A DNA stretch of 64,000 nucleotides from Paraphysomonas bandaiensis (taxonomy: Eukaryota > Protista > Chrysophyceae): contig CBFFRP010000138.1 of the NCBI GenBank assembly GCA_965644295.1, positions 133,080 through 197,079 on the forward strand, in the 5' to 3' direction. The translations under genes and the position numbers were made by a program. The notes under the pieces are model-generated. The model was not told where the DNA came from. It was given only the letters and a program-made list of their open reading frames with translations, and did not search any database. Within the stretch, counting starts at the first letter, position 1, and each line of letters opens with the position of its first letter. This document shows positions 12,269 through 31,329 of the stretch, one piece after another.

Positions 12269-13148
12269 GTTGGATAATCAGGAATAATGATGGATAGAGA
12301 AGGTGATTGATGATGGGAATGAAGGTGAGACATGATGGAAAGAGGGGAGAGTGTGGTTAAGATAAGAGATGAAAGATGGGCTTGGTGGAGATGGTGTATA
12401 TACACCAGGGGCAGATGATGATAGAGAGATATGGTAGATACAGGGATGAGATGGTCGAGGTGTGGGATACGGCCGTGTCTATACATTATATATATACATG
12501 CGTATCAGCATCCTTTGTATATTTTTGTTCAAAGATGCCTCTAATATTGAGACAACAATTATCTGTATTCCATACGTAGTTTCATATCATTAATATAGAG
12601 AATATTTGATTCAATTTATTTCCGAAAAATAAGATGCTGACTGCCCATACGATAGACATCTACAGTATCGTGTAAGAAAAAGTCGACTTTTTGTTATTTG
12701 ATCATCAAAAAACAGTATAGTAGATATACCTACTTTTTCATATGATGATTGATGTAGTGTAAAATCAAGGAAATCATAGGAAAAATAGGGATTTTATGTC
12801 ATATAGTGTATATGTACTGCTGCTATACAAAATACAACTTCAATGCAGTCAGTGTTGAAGTATACACTGTATACCAGTATAGTCCCTGTGGCACAGACAG
12901 GCCTGCAACTGTATCCTACAGCATACTATACTAACATATGGAAGTGCTGCATATCCCTGACACACACATACACATACATACATACACTCATACAGTGACA
13001 CACACGCATCTCTCCATCTCATATATATATACATTAACCCACAGGAAGACTCTTATCTTCAATCCTATACACAATAGGATAGATAACGAATTATCCTGAT
13101 TGTATTCCATCATTTTCTCTATCAATTACACGTGCAATTACCTGAAAT

Positions 13149-18635
<5,487 letters not shown>

Positions 18636-18789
18636 GCCCCTACTGCATCCTCTGCTGGTGACTCCCAGTATTGTAGAGTGCCTCGGTGTATGCAATATAT
18701 AGCGATGAATACGTTGTGGGCATAATGCGAAAGAGTTATCGGTGGTGGGTGCAGAGGGGCGTGCATTCTCCAGTTTGGAGATCACATAC

Positions 18790-18871
18790 CACAATCTAGA
18801 ATGACGAACACACTTGTACATTTGTGTAGTTTACTGCACGGTTTACACAGAGTGTTTCGATATAGATTGTG
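18790..18871 (+). promoter_or_regulatory. SECIS element (type II-like) in the TrxR 3' UTR
   Basis: Helix I CACAATCTA/TAGATTGTG (9 bp perfect); ATGA (18801) ... GA (18859) core; about 12-bp helix II; apical mini-stem GTGTAG/CTGCAC. Confidence 0.85.
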
Positions 18872-19171
18872 CTGATAGAGTAATTCGTATTATTTGAATG
18901 ACGAAACGATAGAGACTGATAAATATTTTAGATGGCGTTAGCTTCTTACGATTTTATTTACTCTTGCGTTTCTGATAAAATAATACGTGTTTTATTCGTT
19001 ATGTTCTATTGTTGGAAAAGCTCATTCTTTAACTACGTAGATCTCTGAGAGAATTTGTCGTTAGAATAGATAGATTAATTAATATCTTTAACACGAATTG
19101 TGACTAACAACACAATCTCATTTTGCTCCACGCATAGTCTCCTACATGTGTGAACCTCTCGCTACTAAACA

Positions 19172-19242
19172 TATATGCGTAGGCTATAGACTATTGGATT
19201 TTATATGTAACTAAATCCAATAGTCTATAGCCTACGCATATA
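19172..19242. repeat. Perfect inverted repeat with 30-bp arms and an 11-nt loop
   Basis: TATATGCGTAGGCTATAGACTATTGGATTT (19172-19201) and its exact reverse complement (19213-19242). Confidence 0.9.
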
Positions 19243-20200
19243 CCTTGAAAGTCCAAACCACTTCAGTTTCCCATTATCATTGCAGCAATTGTAATTTGTA
19301 CATCACCATAATTCACTGTATTCTCGTACATTGTCTACAATTGCCACACTGAATACTCCATACTCCAATATATATTATATATTGCATTAATCGACAGGAG
19401 ACAAATATTACCTCTCATAGCCTGAATATAATAAATATCGCAACCAATGACTGGCAGTTTAATGTAAAGAATGTACTTCGTAGCACATTATCTACTTCAT
19501 TGAGTGGTGTCTTCAAATATCGTTTTTCTTCAAGTAACAGCAAGAATTTAAGTGCTTAATATTGCAAGGCCTGTTTGTGGCCCACCACTATCTCCCTCCC
19601 TAGTTTTCAGTGCGTAATGGCAAATGTGCCGTATGCAGGATGAATTATATAAAATATAAATTTAAACAAGCCCTTTATATATAAGCTACGTAAAGAGATC
19701 TTGTTTGTTATTTATATACAGCATTTGTAGAAAAACCTAACTACCGCGAACGAACCCCTGAACTCAACAGAACAAGAAAAGGGTGTTGCTTGCTTGAGTG
19801 CAATTGGTATTTGTGAGTTATCGTGAATAGGTTTTACCCAGAAGAGGGGTAAGACTTCAATAACGGTACGATCACTACAGCCCAGTGAAGAGTTTCCCAT
19901 TTTATAATTACGTTACAACATCATGTGATTGCGTAACTTACTTACATATCACGCTAACGAGTAGCAATTCAACTATTCGATAGACGCAGAGTGAATGAAC
20001 GCACATCTAACATGACAGAAGTAGTGATATACAACTAATAAGATACACGATACACACTAATGATTATACAATTTGTACTCTCTTTACTTACATTGTCAGA
20101 TACTTCATAACTCCGATAAACTACAGAGATAAATATCAGAATACCCACTTTTATATCACTTATATGACAGGAATCACATGAAACACTACACTTCAGTAGG

Positions 20201-20698
20201 TTACATAAGCATATCACGTGGGATGATCAGATTCTTAATAGTCTGTCGATTTCCACGAAAGATACTCATGATAGTTGTATGCATAGATGCATACATTTCT
20301 TTGGATGTGGCAGATCGTGTAAACTTCACTTCCTCTGGTGAAGATTTAAAAGATTCAATACACAATTGACGCCATAATATATCCCAATTAGCAGGTTCAC
20401 GCCACATGGTACATACAGATTGTGAACAACATAATGAATAACAATCCATGTATTCAAACACTGATAAGATACATTCAAGTGGTAAATCATATATTGTAAT
20501 TTTCTTAATATTTTGTAGTTTTTGATTATAAAAATCAAGTTTTTTAGATGGAAAATAGGTTAAAATTATCTCACGTATTGTATGTAATTCAGGATCATTT
20601 TGTAAGGCATATTGAAATATAAATCCATATGGTATAATTTCATATGTTGCATTCATTGTTGGTATATTAATTAATGAAGACTCAGTTGTATGTATCAT
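20201..20698 (-). CDS. Small F-box domain protein
   Basis: IYDLPLECILSVFEYMDCYSLCCSQSVCTMWREPANWDILWRQLC matches the F-box pattern. Confidence 0.8.
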   Translation of the reverse strand: MIHTTESSLINIPTMNATYEIIPYGFIFQYALQNDPELHTIREIILTYFPSKKLDFYNQKLQNIKKITIYDLPLECILSVFEYMDCYSLCCSQSVCTMWREPANWDILWRQLCIESFKSSPEEVKFTRSATSKEMYASMHTTIMSIFRGNRQTIKNLIIPRDMLM

Positions 20699-21062
20699 TA
20701 TAAGATCGTTTTAATTGGATTGATATGGAATGAATGTGTATGGAAGAGATTGAAGAGTGATAATGATAAGAAAGAATTGTTGTTATGATATCAGTGTTTA
20801 ATGGAGTGTGATGATTGTTATTATGAGGAAGATGTTGCAACACTCTCACTGTGTATGTATATATATGACAAGTACGCAACTGTGTATGTAAGTATGCATG
20901 GGGGGGATGTGCTGTACGGAACCCTTAACGGCAATTTCCATATGGAAGAATGCGTTACAAAAATGAATCTTCTCTTAAGTGTATCCAAAAGAACATAAAA
21001 CAACCAATCAGCATTGAGATATTGGTGAGAAAATATTTACAGAACGTTCTTTGTGAAAAATT

Positions 21063-21322
21063 GATGTATGTATGTATGTATGTATGTATGTATGTATGTA
21101 TGTATGTATGTATGTATGTATGTATGTATGTATGTATGTATGTATGTATGTATGTATGTATGTATGTATGTATGTATGTATGTATGTATGTATGTATGTA
21201 TGTATGTATGTATGTATGTATGTATGTATGTATGTATGTATGTATGTATGTATGTATGTATGTATGTATGTATGTATGTATGTATGTATGTATGTATGTA
21301 TGTATGTATGTATGTATGTATG
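21063..21322. repeat. (TATG)n microsatellite
   Basis: Pure tetranucleotide run. Confidence 0.98.
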
Positions 21323-21510
21323 TGTATGTATTCTAGTGTAGTATAGTTGTATGTGTATGTATTCTAGTGTATAGTAGTATGTGTGGTACTGTATGTGAGC
21401 TGGTGTGTACACTGGCCGTGCGGGTATTGAGATGGCCATCACCAAGCAAGCAATACTTCCAATGCACACTACCTACCCATAAACCTGATCTACACATATC
21501 TCACCATCAA

Positions 21511-22155
21511 ATGGTCCGATCTGCTGAAGCACTAGCACGTCGTGCTGCAAAGCGCAATATATCAATCGATGAAATGAAGGCTATAGACCGCAATAGACAT
21601 AAAGCAGAGTCTAGTGCAATGCAATGCAAAGATAAACAAATACAACCCAAACAAACAAAATGGAAATGCTCAAAATGCAATAATGAGAATATTATTAGTT
21701 TATCTCCCACTGTATGCAATCGATGTCAGAGACTGAGGAGTGAGGTGGATGATAGTATGAAACAGTCCGCTATCACTCCGAATGCTGAAGAAGACACTAA
21801 GAAATTAAAAAAGAAGAAAGATAACGATAAAAAAAAGAAACGAGAACGTTCTGATGATTCAAAGGACGGGAGTAGCGAAAGCAAGAAACCCAAAAAGACT
21901 AAAACGTAGAAGTCGAGTGCAGGCTCTGACACAACAAAACCTGGTGGGTGGGGTATCCAGCAAGCAGGAGAAGAGGACATAGCTCGCAATCAACGTCTTC
22001 GTGAGGCGTACTTAGACGAATCAAAAAGAGATTCTCTTACTGCAGAGGAGTTGGAGAGGGCAAAGATATTAGTTGAGCGAAGTAATAGGAAGAAACAACG
22101 CAAAGCAGCTAAGGTAGTGATGCGGCGAAAGTACAAAAATAATCAAGGAAAATAA
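21511..22155 (+). CDS. Lys-rich RanBP2-type zinc-finger protein with an internal in-frame TAG (21907-21909)
   Basis: WKCSKCNNEN...CNRCQ finger. The same frame stays open and protein-like after the TAG until TAA 22153-22155. Confidence 0.7.
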
Positions 22156-22554
22156 CAGTTATAGTAATGTCGATGTATGATTAGTTGTTTAGAATTTTAA
22201 TTAAATACGTTTTCTACTTCCCCACCCTGTAGATTTCAGCCCAGCATAGGACTCAAATTACTGAGTGTAGAAGTATATATGTATTATGTATATATTCATT
22301 AGCCACAGGTCTTCACTAGCTAGAATTGTGGAGTCAGAGGCTACGTTCAATGTTTAGTACGCTACCCACTCATTATCTGCACCATATCAGGTGGCATGTC
22401 AACCTGAATATAGCAGTTAACGAAAAAGATTATGAGACCAACTATCAGGTTAAGGGTTGTGTTCTTCAAGATATTACATAACAGATTAATGCTTTCATTC
22501 AGTATATCGAAATTATTATTATAGTAGTCACTCACAATCAACATCAACGCAAAA

Positions 22555-23804
22555 CTAAAATCCTAGTATATTATTCGGGCTCTTCTTCACCGTCGTTTTA
22601 GCGCCCGCTTTCTTGGATTTCTCGATGCTATGCTCTATTGGAGGAACTAACGATGCGATCTCCCGCTGGAGCTCAACTATCCCTTTATTTCGCAACCCCG
22701 ATACCATTACCACTGGCAACATCCCACCAGTCATTGGCAAGCAATCCGTGAGATCTTTTCTAACTAACTGTATCCGCCTCGCAAGAACTTGTCTCTCCAC
22801 CAAGTCACATTTGGTCAGCACAACCTGTATTTTCCAATTCATGCGATGAAGTTCTTCAGATTCAGATTTCGTTGGGGCACCGTAATCATCACTATACTTT
22901 GCCTCCTGAGCTTCGAGCTGTTCGCGGGACTGATTCTGGTCATCATATGTACCACTAATAAGATCTCTAAGGCAACGGATGTCGGCATACTTGAAGCCAT
23001 GTCTGGCATCTAGCACCAACAGCACTCTCTTCAGGTACTTGCCCCTCTCACGTAAATATTTCGAACTCTACAAGGAAAGATATCAACACTAAACATAAGG
23101 AAAGATAAAGATATCACATGTATTAATATAAGCATGGAGGGATACTTTTCCGCTCATTAACAGGCAATCATCAATACATACCAGTCGAAAACAACGCTCA
23201 GAATCCTGTTTGTTCATAAAAGCGAACCCATACCCCGGCATATCAACAACTACTAGTCGAGGATTACGAGTAGCAATATCCTTTCCCAAGGAAAAGAACT
23301 GAAGTTGCCTGGTTTGACCAGGCTTATTAGACACGGCAGCCTTTTGTACATGAGATGGGGTATACCCTACACATATATCTAAAACACATGCAACACTAGA
23401 GATTACATGAATATACCTAGTAAGGCATTTAAAAGAGTTGATTTCCCTACATTCGAGCGACCAATTAAAGCTACCTCTGTGGCTTCACCAAAGCTCGGCA
23501 TTTCTTGCCATGTACGTGCGGAGGTTATCATCGTAACCTTCTTAGGGCCCCTGTTAAAAGGATAAGGTGCAGCAACTGATGCTGTAGATTGAAGTTTAAT
23601 AGAAGGAATTACTCCTGGAAGCTCTGTGGAGTATTTTTTTGCAATAGCTGTACGAGTTTTTCCTTTACTTACATAGCCTAAGCCCATATGATCCAAATGT
23701 TGCAAGATTTTCTTATCAGGAGGGATGTTCATGAATGCCTGTCGTTTGCTCATGATGGCTTTAGTTTCTGAGGTGCAGAATTGACGGAATGGTATTGTGT
23801 GCAT
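22555..23804 (-). CDS. engB: EngB/YihA family GTP-binding protein, 3 exons (23804-23417, 23366-23182, 23067-22555)
   Basis: GRSNVGKS (G1), PGQT (G2), DMPGYG (G3), TKCD (G4). The start codon is uncertain. Confidence 0.9.
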
Positions 23805-25425
23805 GGTGTATAGAGTTTATAGTGAGTAGTATGTTTGTATGGAATATATATGGAACATAGAGTGCTCTGTACTGCTGCATATACAATACTGCTGGATAGT
23901 GGTGTGTGTGTGGATGTACTGGGAACCATTGTTATATGTACTCCACTACTGTACTTATGTACATGAATACAGACATAGTGGTAATACACAGCAGTACATA
24001 TTGATGTACTGCTGGAAATTACCCCTCTGCAGTACGTAGTACGTGCGTAGTGTGTCACTGTGTGTATATGTACTCCTCTACTACATCATCTATACACACG
24101 TACAAATCAGTTGACGCACGTCTATCCATGCATATATACATATACGAACAAGCAACAAGATGATAGTTAAGATCCACATCCTCTAATAGATGACTGCATA
24201 TACACACCTCAAACTCAAAAGATTCTAGTTCTCAATCCCTGTCGTTAGACTATATATTCATAGTTACACAAGTATACGAATGCAACATAAGTTCAGTATA
24301 TATATTTCTGTTAAAGAGATATCAGTACTAGTAGCATTGAGTCCAGTCCTCACAAGCACTTCCCTGCATGTATATATGCCATGCAACCAATGTATGAGTA
24401 GAAGATGTATACATGGTAATACCTGACGGTTGGTTCATCAACAGTCTTGTATCATCAACCTAATAACTCTCGTTGAGTGCTATGTGGATGCTAAATCATA
24501 TGCTCCTGCTTACGTATAACAGCCCGTCGCTTCGGAATATATATGTATTGAGCCTACATGCATATGTGACAGATCCTTAAGGAAGTGGAGTTGGACCGAC
24601 GTTATATCTTATATAATGTACGACATGCGTATCATTTCAGCTGTTATCTACCTAGCAAGAATTGCATGCATTGGTATTCGCGAAGTCCAATGAATAACAG
24701 CGCTACAGTCACACTAGGTAGTATTACATCGTTAAAACCTCAATGTCTTGATATTACATATTCTTAATGGTAATTACAATCTAGACAGAGCTGTTAGTAT
24801 GCAATTATACACACATATATGAAGCATGTAAGCATGTTGTCTGTGATAATGAAAACGAAATGTATGAGACATATAGGAACTTACCAAATTATCAGAAATA
24901 AGTAGTCACTTGTATTAAGAACTGCGCATTATGAGTATAACTTCGATGTGCTACAGAAGGAAAAGCTGGTGCGTGTTCTTGTAGTACAGATTATTGATAT
25001 GAGTCACAGTAGAAAAACAGTCCCCTGACGCTTTAAGGACAATATTGACATCACCTACAGCTGTGATGCCATTGTCCTAGAATATGTAGCTTAATTCCTG
25101 TCAAAACTTCAAATAAAATTTGAATCATTTATTAGAATGACCAGTCCATACATTGTGTCGAGGTACTTCAACTCATAGATGTACGCTTAATAATGAACAC
25201 GGGCCATCGGGCTATTGCAATGTAGGGGCTTACTCTCCAGTAATCTTTCCATGTTCGCTTAGTAGTTTGGGCAGCTCTTCCATTATGGATTATGGATTGC
25301 CAACACTAATGAAGACTACAAAAAACATACACTATACATACCCATACTATTAAAAGCTACTTTGCTCTACTTAACAAATATTCACCATGATTGCTAATAA
25401 CGACGACTTTTCACATGTTACACTC

Positions 25426-27088
25426 TTAGTCCTCTTGGGTTTGTGTGAGGCCTCGTTCATCTTCAAGAAAGCGCACTCTATTAGACAACAAATATATGGC
25501 AGCTTCATATTCGCCTCGAATCCTCTACATAAGCCGCGTTAGATTAATCGAAACAATAGTATTCTAATGCAACAGGAGCAAGGTATCACAGTGTTGCAGT
25601 ATACTGAATGCACTACATGTTGCAACAATGACCTTTTCCAAGTCATGCATAAGCATTTCAACTTCGGCTCTCGTAATATACTCTCCTTTAACTGACTGAT
25701 TCTGGGCCGATTCTTCCCTTTCGGTGCTAACTTGTTGCGGAGGTTCACGTCGATGTCGATGGTGCGGGAGGTTGTTTTCAGCGTGAGGAATGTGGACATG
25801 ATGTTCATAATGGGAGTCGTGATGACTGTCTGAGCGGTTGTCTCGATGATCTTCCACGTCAGGCATATGTTGAGTATTCTGCCATGCACTAACTTGTTCA
25901 GTCCAGTACCTTCTATTTGTAGTGCTAAAAGAGCGTGTCTTTGACTCAATATGGTGAGCATCGATATCATTTGGCTCAACAGAAAGACTTTCTAACCCAG
26001 GCTCATCCTCCGAATATTGAATTTTGTCGGGATGGTCTTCCATCATGTTACTATCTACTATTGGTTCTTCGTAGTACTTTCCTGTGTGAATATGGTTTTT
26101 CGCATCGCTGGATGGATCATTAAAGTCGCTTAAGGTCTCATTACTATACACCGTTTCATTAACATGTAACTCTCTCTCTGAGTTGGAGTGATGGCTGCGG
26201 CTCCTATATTGCTCTTCATGTTGAGCTGGGTCAGACATATTCATTTCTCCCGAGTCGTATTCATCCTCAGACATCTCTCTCTCGTATACTTGTTCAGATT
26301 GCTTTACACGCTTCTCTGTGCCTCTTTTACTTGAATATGGAGTGTCTAATCTGAGACCGCCTGCAGCTAAGTACGTGTGAACATGACCAGCGGCTGCACT
26401 GATGAGCAAGAGCTTATGCTCTCCAAACCCCTGTGATATACATTAAGATGTGCATCAAAAGTGCGAAGCATCCATATAAATGTCATTATTACAGTGGGTA
26501 CATTCGAACGCCTCTGTCATACTACTCAAGCTACATATTGTGCACTAAACAAGTTACACTCACCTTCATATGGTACTGAGCAATCGTAATAACTGGAAAA
26601 TATTTACTCTGCTCTCTTAGATATCTACAATATACATATATATTATGAAACGCACTCATACAATACATATACACTATACATAATAATATGTACCATATAC
26701 ACACATACTTATATATACACATACACTCATATATATATACACACATACTTATATATATACATATGCACATCTATATGAGTATCGTATACCTGAATACCGT
26801 ATTAATAAACTTCTTATCAGAAGCCAACTGACCATATCCCCTCGATATCATCTGCTCGGCAACCTCAACTGATATCCCCAATAAGATAACTCTAAGTAAT
26901 CTCGTACATTCAGAGGGATCACCAGCCTTTAGTTTAGTTGATATGAAATGCTTTAATTGAACGCCTATACGACGAAGAGAGACAGAGAATACTTTCCATG
27001 TGTTACGCATGTCTCCGACATGATGGGTGGAGGACATGGTTAGTAATGAGTAGAGATGTGGAGGTAAAGGAGATCTGGATCTATCCAT
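25426..27088 (-). CDS. CEP44: CEP44-like centrosomal protein, about 4 exons
   Basis: GDMRN...GDP...VAEQMISRGY...SDKKFINTVFR|YLREQSKYFPVITIAQYHMK|GFGEHK resembles the CEP44 N-terminal domain. Last exon contains NRVRFLE and ends at TAA 25426. Confidence 0.7.
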
Positions 27089-27099
27089 ATATAACCTGA

Positions 27100-27535
27100 T
27101 TGCATGTATGTATGTATGTATGTATGTATGTATGTATGTATGTATGTATGTATGTATGTATGTATGTATGTATGTATGTATGTATGTATGTATGTATGTA
27201 TGTATGTATGTATGTATGTATGTATGTATGTATGTATGTATGTATGTATGTATGTATGTATGTATGTATGTATGTATGTATGTATGTATGTATGTATGTA
27301 TGTATGTATGTATGTATGTATGTATGTATGTATGTATGTATGTATGTATGTATGTATGTATGTATGTATGTATGTATGTATGTATGTATGTATGTATGTA
27401 TGTATGTATGTATGTATGAATGTATGTATGTATGTATGTATGTATGTATGTATGTATGTATGTATGTATGTATGTATGTATGTATGTATGTATGTATGTA
27501 TGTATGTATGTATCTATGTATGTATGTATGTATCT
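27100..27535. repeat. (TATG)n microsatellite
   Basis: Near-pure tetranucleotide run. Confidence 0.98.
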
Positions 27536-27788
27536 ATGTACTGCTATACAGCAGTACTATCGAATAAATCATAGATTTTTCGGACAAATTACCTCAAAAT
27601 TACCCATTTCTCGATTCTACTTCACGTAGCCCAATCAACTGTGTACATACACACACACTGTACTGTACATATGACGGTATGGTAATCTTAAAGCCTATCA
27701 GTTACGATCCATATCACATGAAACTCTTCATCATTTCCCATAACAATTATATCATTTTATCACCCAATTAAAACCTTCTTATATCACA

Positions 27789-30700
27789 ATGTCAAGACAA
27801 GGAAAGAAGCCTAAGAAAGTCCAGGATAATAGAGTATATGCAGAGAAGGTCTACTACTCACAGAGACACAGACAATGGCCTAGATATGAAGTAAGTAAGC
27901 CAAGACAACCTAAACTATCTGATGGAAAAGAGAAATGGTTGGAAACAAAGTTTCAACCAAGAACATTAAAGTCGTTTGTTGGGAAACATAATAACGAGGT
28001 ACGTATATATATATGAGTATATGAGGACTGTGTATGTATATATATGAGCCTATGAGGTACGTATATATATATGAGTATATGAGGACTGTGTATGTATATA
28101 TATGAGCCTATGAGGTACGTATATATATATGAGTATATGAGGACTGTGTATGTATATATATGAGCCTATGAGGTACGTATATATATATGAGTATATGAGG
28201 ACTGTGTATGTATATATATGAGCCTATGAGGTACGTATATATATATGAGTATATGAGGACTGTGTATGTATATATATGAGCCTATGAGGTACGTATATAT
28301 ATATGAGTATATGAGGACTGTGTATGTATATATATGAGCCTATGAGGTACGTATATATATATGAGTATATGAGGACTGTGTATGTATATATATGAGCCTA
28401 TGAGGTACGTATATATATATGAGTATATGAGGACTGTGTATGTATATATATGAGCCTATGAGGTACGTATATATATATGAGTATATGAGGACTGTGTATG
28501 TATATATATGAGCCTATGAGGTACGTATATATATATGAGTATATGAGGACTGTGTATGTATATATATGAGCCTATGAGGTACGTATATATATATGAGTAT
28601 ATGAGGACTGTGTATGTATATATATGAGCCTATGAGGTACGTATATATATATGAGTATATGAGGACTGTGTATGTATATATATGAGTATATGAGGTACGT
28701 ATATCTATATGAGTATATGAGGACTGTGTATGTATATATATGAGCCTATGAGGTACGTATATCTATATATGAGTATATGAGGACTGTGTATGTATATATA
28801 TGAGCCTATGAGGTACGTATATATATATGAGTATATGAGGACTGTGTATGTATATATGGGCCTATGAGGTACGTATGTATATATATGAGTGTGTGAGGTA
28901 TATATATGTATGTATATATGAGCCTATATGAGGTACTGTATGTATATATATGAGTATATGAGGTATATATATGTATGTATATATGAGCCTATGAGGACTG
29001 TGTATGTATATATATGAGTATATGAGGTACTGTATGTATATATGTGAGTATATGAGGTGTGCATATATATTTTTATATGCGTGTCGATATGTATATTTAT
29101 GTCCACTTTGTAGGGGTTTTTACAAAATCCCAGTCACTAGATGTCTATCTTTATGAGTTATCGTGCTCTGTTTTTATCTTGTTGGATGCTATGTTGTGGT
29201 GCATACATGAGTTTATTTTGACTACTACTGCTTGTTCTGTCGACTGACTAATAAACTGAATGTGTAGATCCAAGACTCGCTGACTCACATGAGAGATAGC
29301 TTTGAACTTTCGGGGTCGTTTCCTCATCTGTTTGTGGTTTATGGACCGCCAGGAAGTGGTAAAAGTGCCCTAGTAAGGGTGTTGTTGAGAGAGATGTATG
29401 AGTCAGCTGGTATAGAGGAAGAGAAAGTTGGCAAGTGGATATGGATCGTAAGTATATGCACGTGGTCTACAATGTATTTACTATTTAAGTGTGTATAATA
29501 TTATCCGTGGTATATTATATATGAATATTGGTTTTGCTATGCCTGTCATGTAGAGGTCGTGCACAATTTATTTTGTATACATCATCGTCTGCATAGTACA
29601 TTAAGTTTGTGTTGATCAATGCTGTGTCACGTATAGGTCGACTGCGAGAGTATGGATATCAGTAAACATTTCAATAAATTTTACGCATTTGGTAATGCCA
29701 ATATCGATCGGTCGATACCTGTCGCCTACAAGATTATTGTCCTTGATGGTGCTGACAATATCCCACCTTCGACACAACAGATACTAAAGAAAGTTATAGT
29801 CGAGCAGGTGAATCTTAGTTGCGTATACGTTGGATATCGATGTACCGTAACACATTTTGATCCTTCAGGAGAACAAGGTCAAATATATATGCATATGCCG
29901 GGATCAGAACAAGCTGATCGCTCATATATTGTCGAGAGGAATGCATTATAGGACCAAACTCATGAATGAACGAGATGCTGTCGGTCAGTTGTGTATAACT
30001 ATGTGCATGCCGTTGTTTGTGGTTCCCATGTCTCTTGATTGTGGTTTTTCTACGTTGTATAACTTTATTCACAGCCCTTGTTATCCAAACTCTCTGTCGT
30101 GAGAATATTGGGTATAACCGTCATGGCATTCGAGAGTTGTTCACTCTTGTGCCCAAGGTTATCACCACTTTTAAGTTCGTGTCTTTTTTTATATATAATG
30201 TGACAGGTTGACTTGAGGATGATAATTGAAACGTGCCAAGAAATTTTTGTACGATATCATTACATTAGTATGGAGAATGTTCGAAGACTGTTTGCCGAAC
30301 GAGATAAAAAAACGATTCGCATAGAAATCACGAAACAAGCTGCAATAGAGCCACTACCAAGATGTAGTGTGTGCACGTTATTGTAAGTAAATGGAATATA
30401 GAGTGCATGGTTGGGTCAATGTCTATAATAGCGTCATATGTTATCTGTACAGTGAATTGTATAGTAAATAGCGGACCACGTATAGCGCGTTGCATGTAAT
30501 GTCGTGTATATGCTATATTGTGCAGCTATACTACTTTATTGATATCAAAAAATTTGCATTGCGCTGAATACTTGCTGATACATGCACATAGTCCACCTTG
30601 CAAACATCACACCATCGAATCTCTAGAATCTCGTGGCATATCACGACGTTCAGAGCTCCCACGTCAACGAAATGGGCTCGCTTGTCAGGAATTCGTCTCC

Positions 30701-31329
30701 ACAGGCCATTGCTCAATATTTAATAAGCATGGAAAATGCAGCTTAGATCATCCGATGACTGTGCATACTATAACTTCGGCTCCGAAGAGATGCCCACAAT
30801 GCACACTTATTTGGCCATGCAATCACTGCTCCTTTACTTATAGTAGAAGAGAACTTGAAGATGGAATCGCGTACGTTACCAAGAGACTGGCTCTCTTGGA
30901 CCAGATAGCAGTAGAAGCACCACCATTGGCTCTCACCGCACATTTGGTATGTATTTTTATTTTCTGATATATTTCTTATGTGCTACATTGATTGCGATAC
31001 CATACACTGCTATTTTCATCTGACTGGTGTATTGAACCCTGGATAATATAACTCCTTCCCAGATCGAAGGATTTCCGAATTTCAAAGAGGATCTGCTCAA
31101 ACTCAAAGCTGAAATTACTTTAGAGAAAATTAAAATGAAGTCTAGTGTCGAGAACTGGCTGGCGACCTCACTTTGTACAGAAGGGGAAGAATACATTACA
31201 AAACTCAGAGTATTGCAGGGGACTTTTAAAAATGTTTTTGAAAGCCCACTGTTGGATCCTCCGGATCAGATGCGTTCCAAGGGTTTGCTCGATGAGGTTG
31301 AAGATGATAATATCATCACGGAGTGGTGA
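27789..31329 (+). CDS. RFC small-subunit-like (clamp-loader clade) AAA+ protein with a C-terminal Cys/His-rich region including a CCCH-like finger; multi-exon
   Basis: WLETKFQPRTLKSFVG, YGPPGSGKS, KIIVLDGADNIPPSTQQILKKVI, KLIAHILSR; later CQEFVSTGHCSIFNKHGKCSLDH and CPQCTLIWPCNHC. Confidence 0.8.
27996..29060 (+). repeat. 58-bp minisatellite in intron 1 of the RFC-like gene, about 15 units then decaying
   Basis: Unit GAGGTACGTATATATATATGAGTATATGAGGACTGTGTATGTATATATATGAGCCTAT, period 58. Confidence 0.95.

Noticed and set aside
18895-18960. Second SECIS (ATGAC...CGAT)
   Set aside because: Helix II pairing is poor.
21907-21909. Genome-wide TAG reassignment
   Set aside because: Long ORFs (817 and 985 aa) and conserved exons contain no in-frame TAG, and TAG terminates EngB, Rrp46 and the NTPase at plausible ends.
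24400-25330. Possible small spliced gene on the minus strand
   Set aside because: Exon-like fragments contain stops and no recognisable domain.
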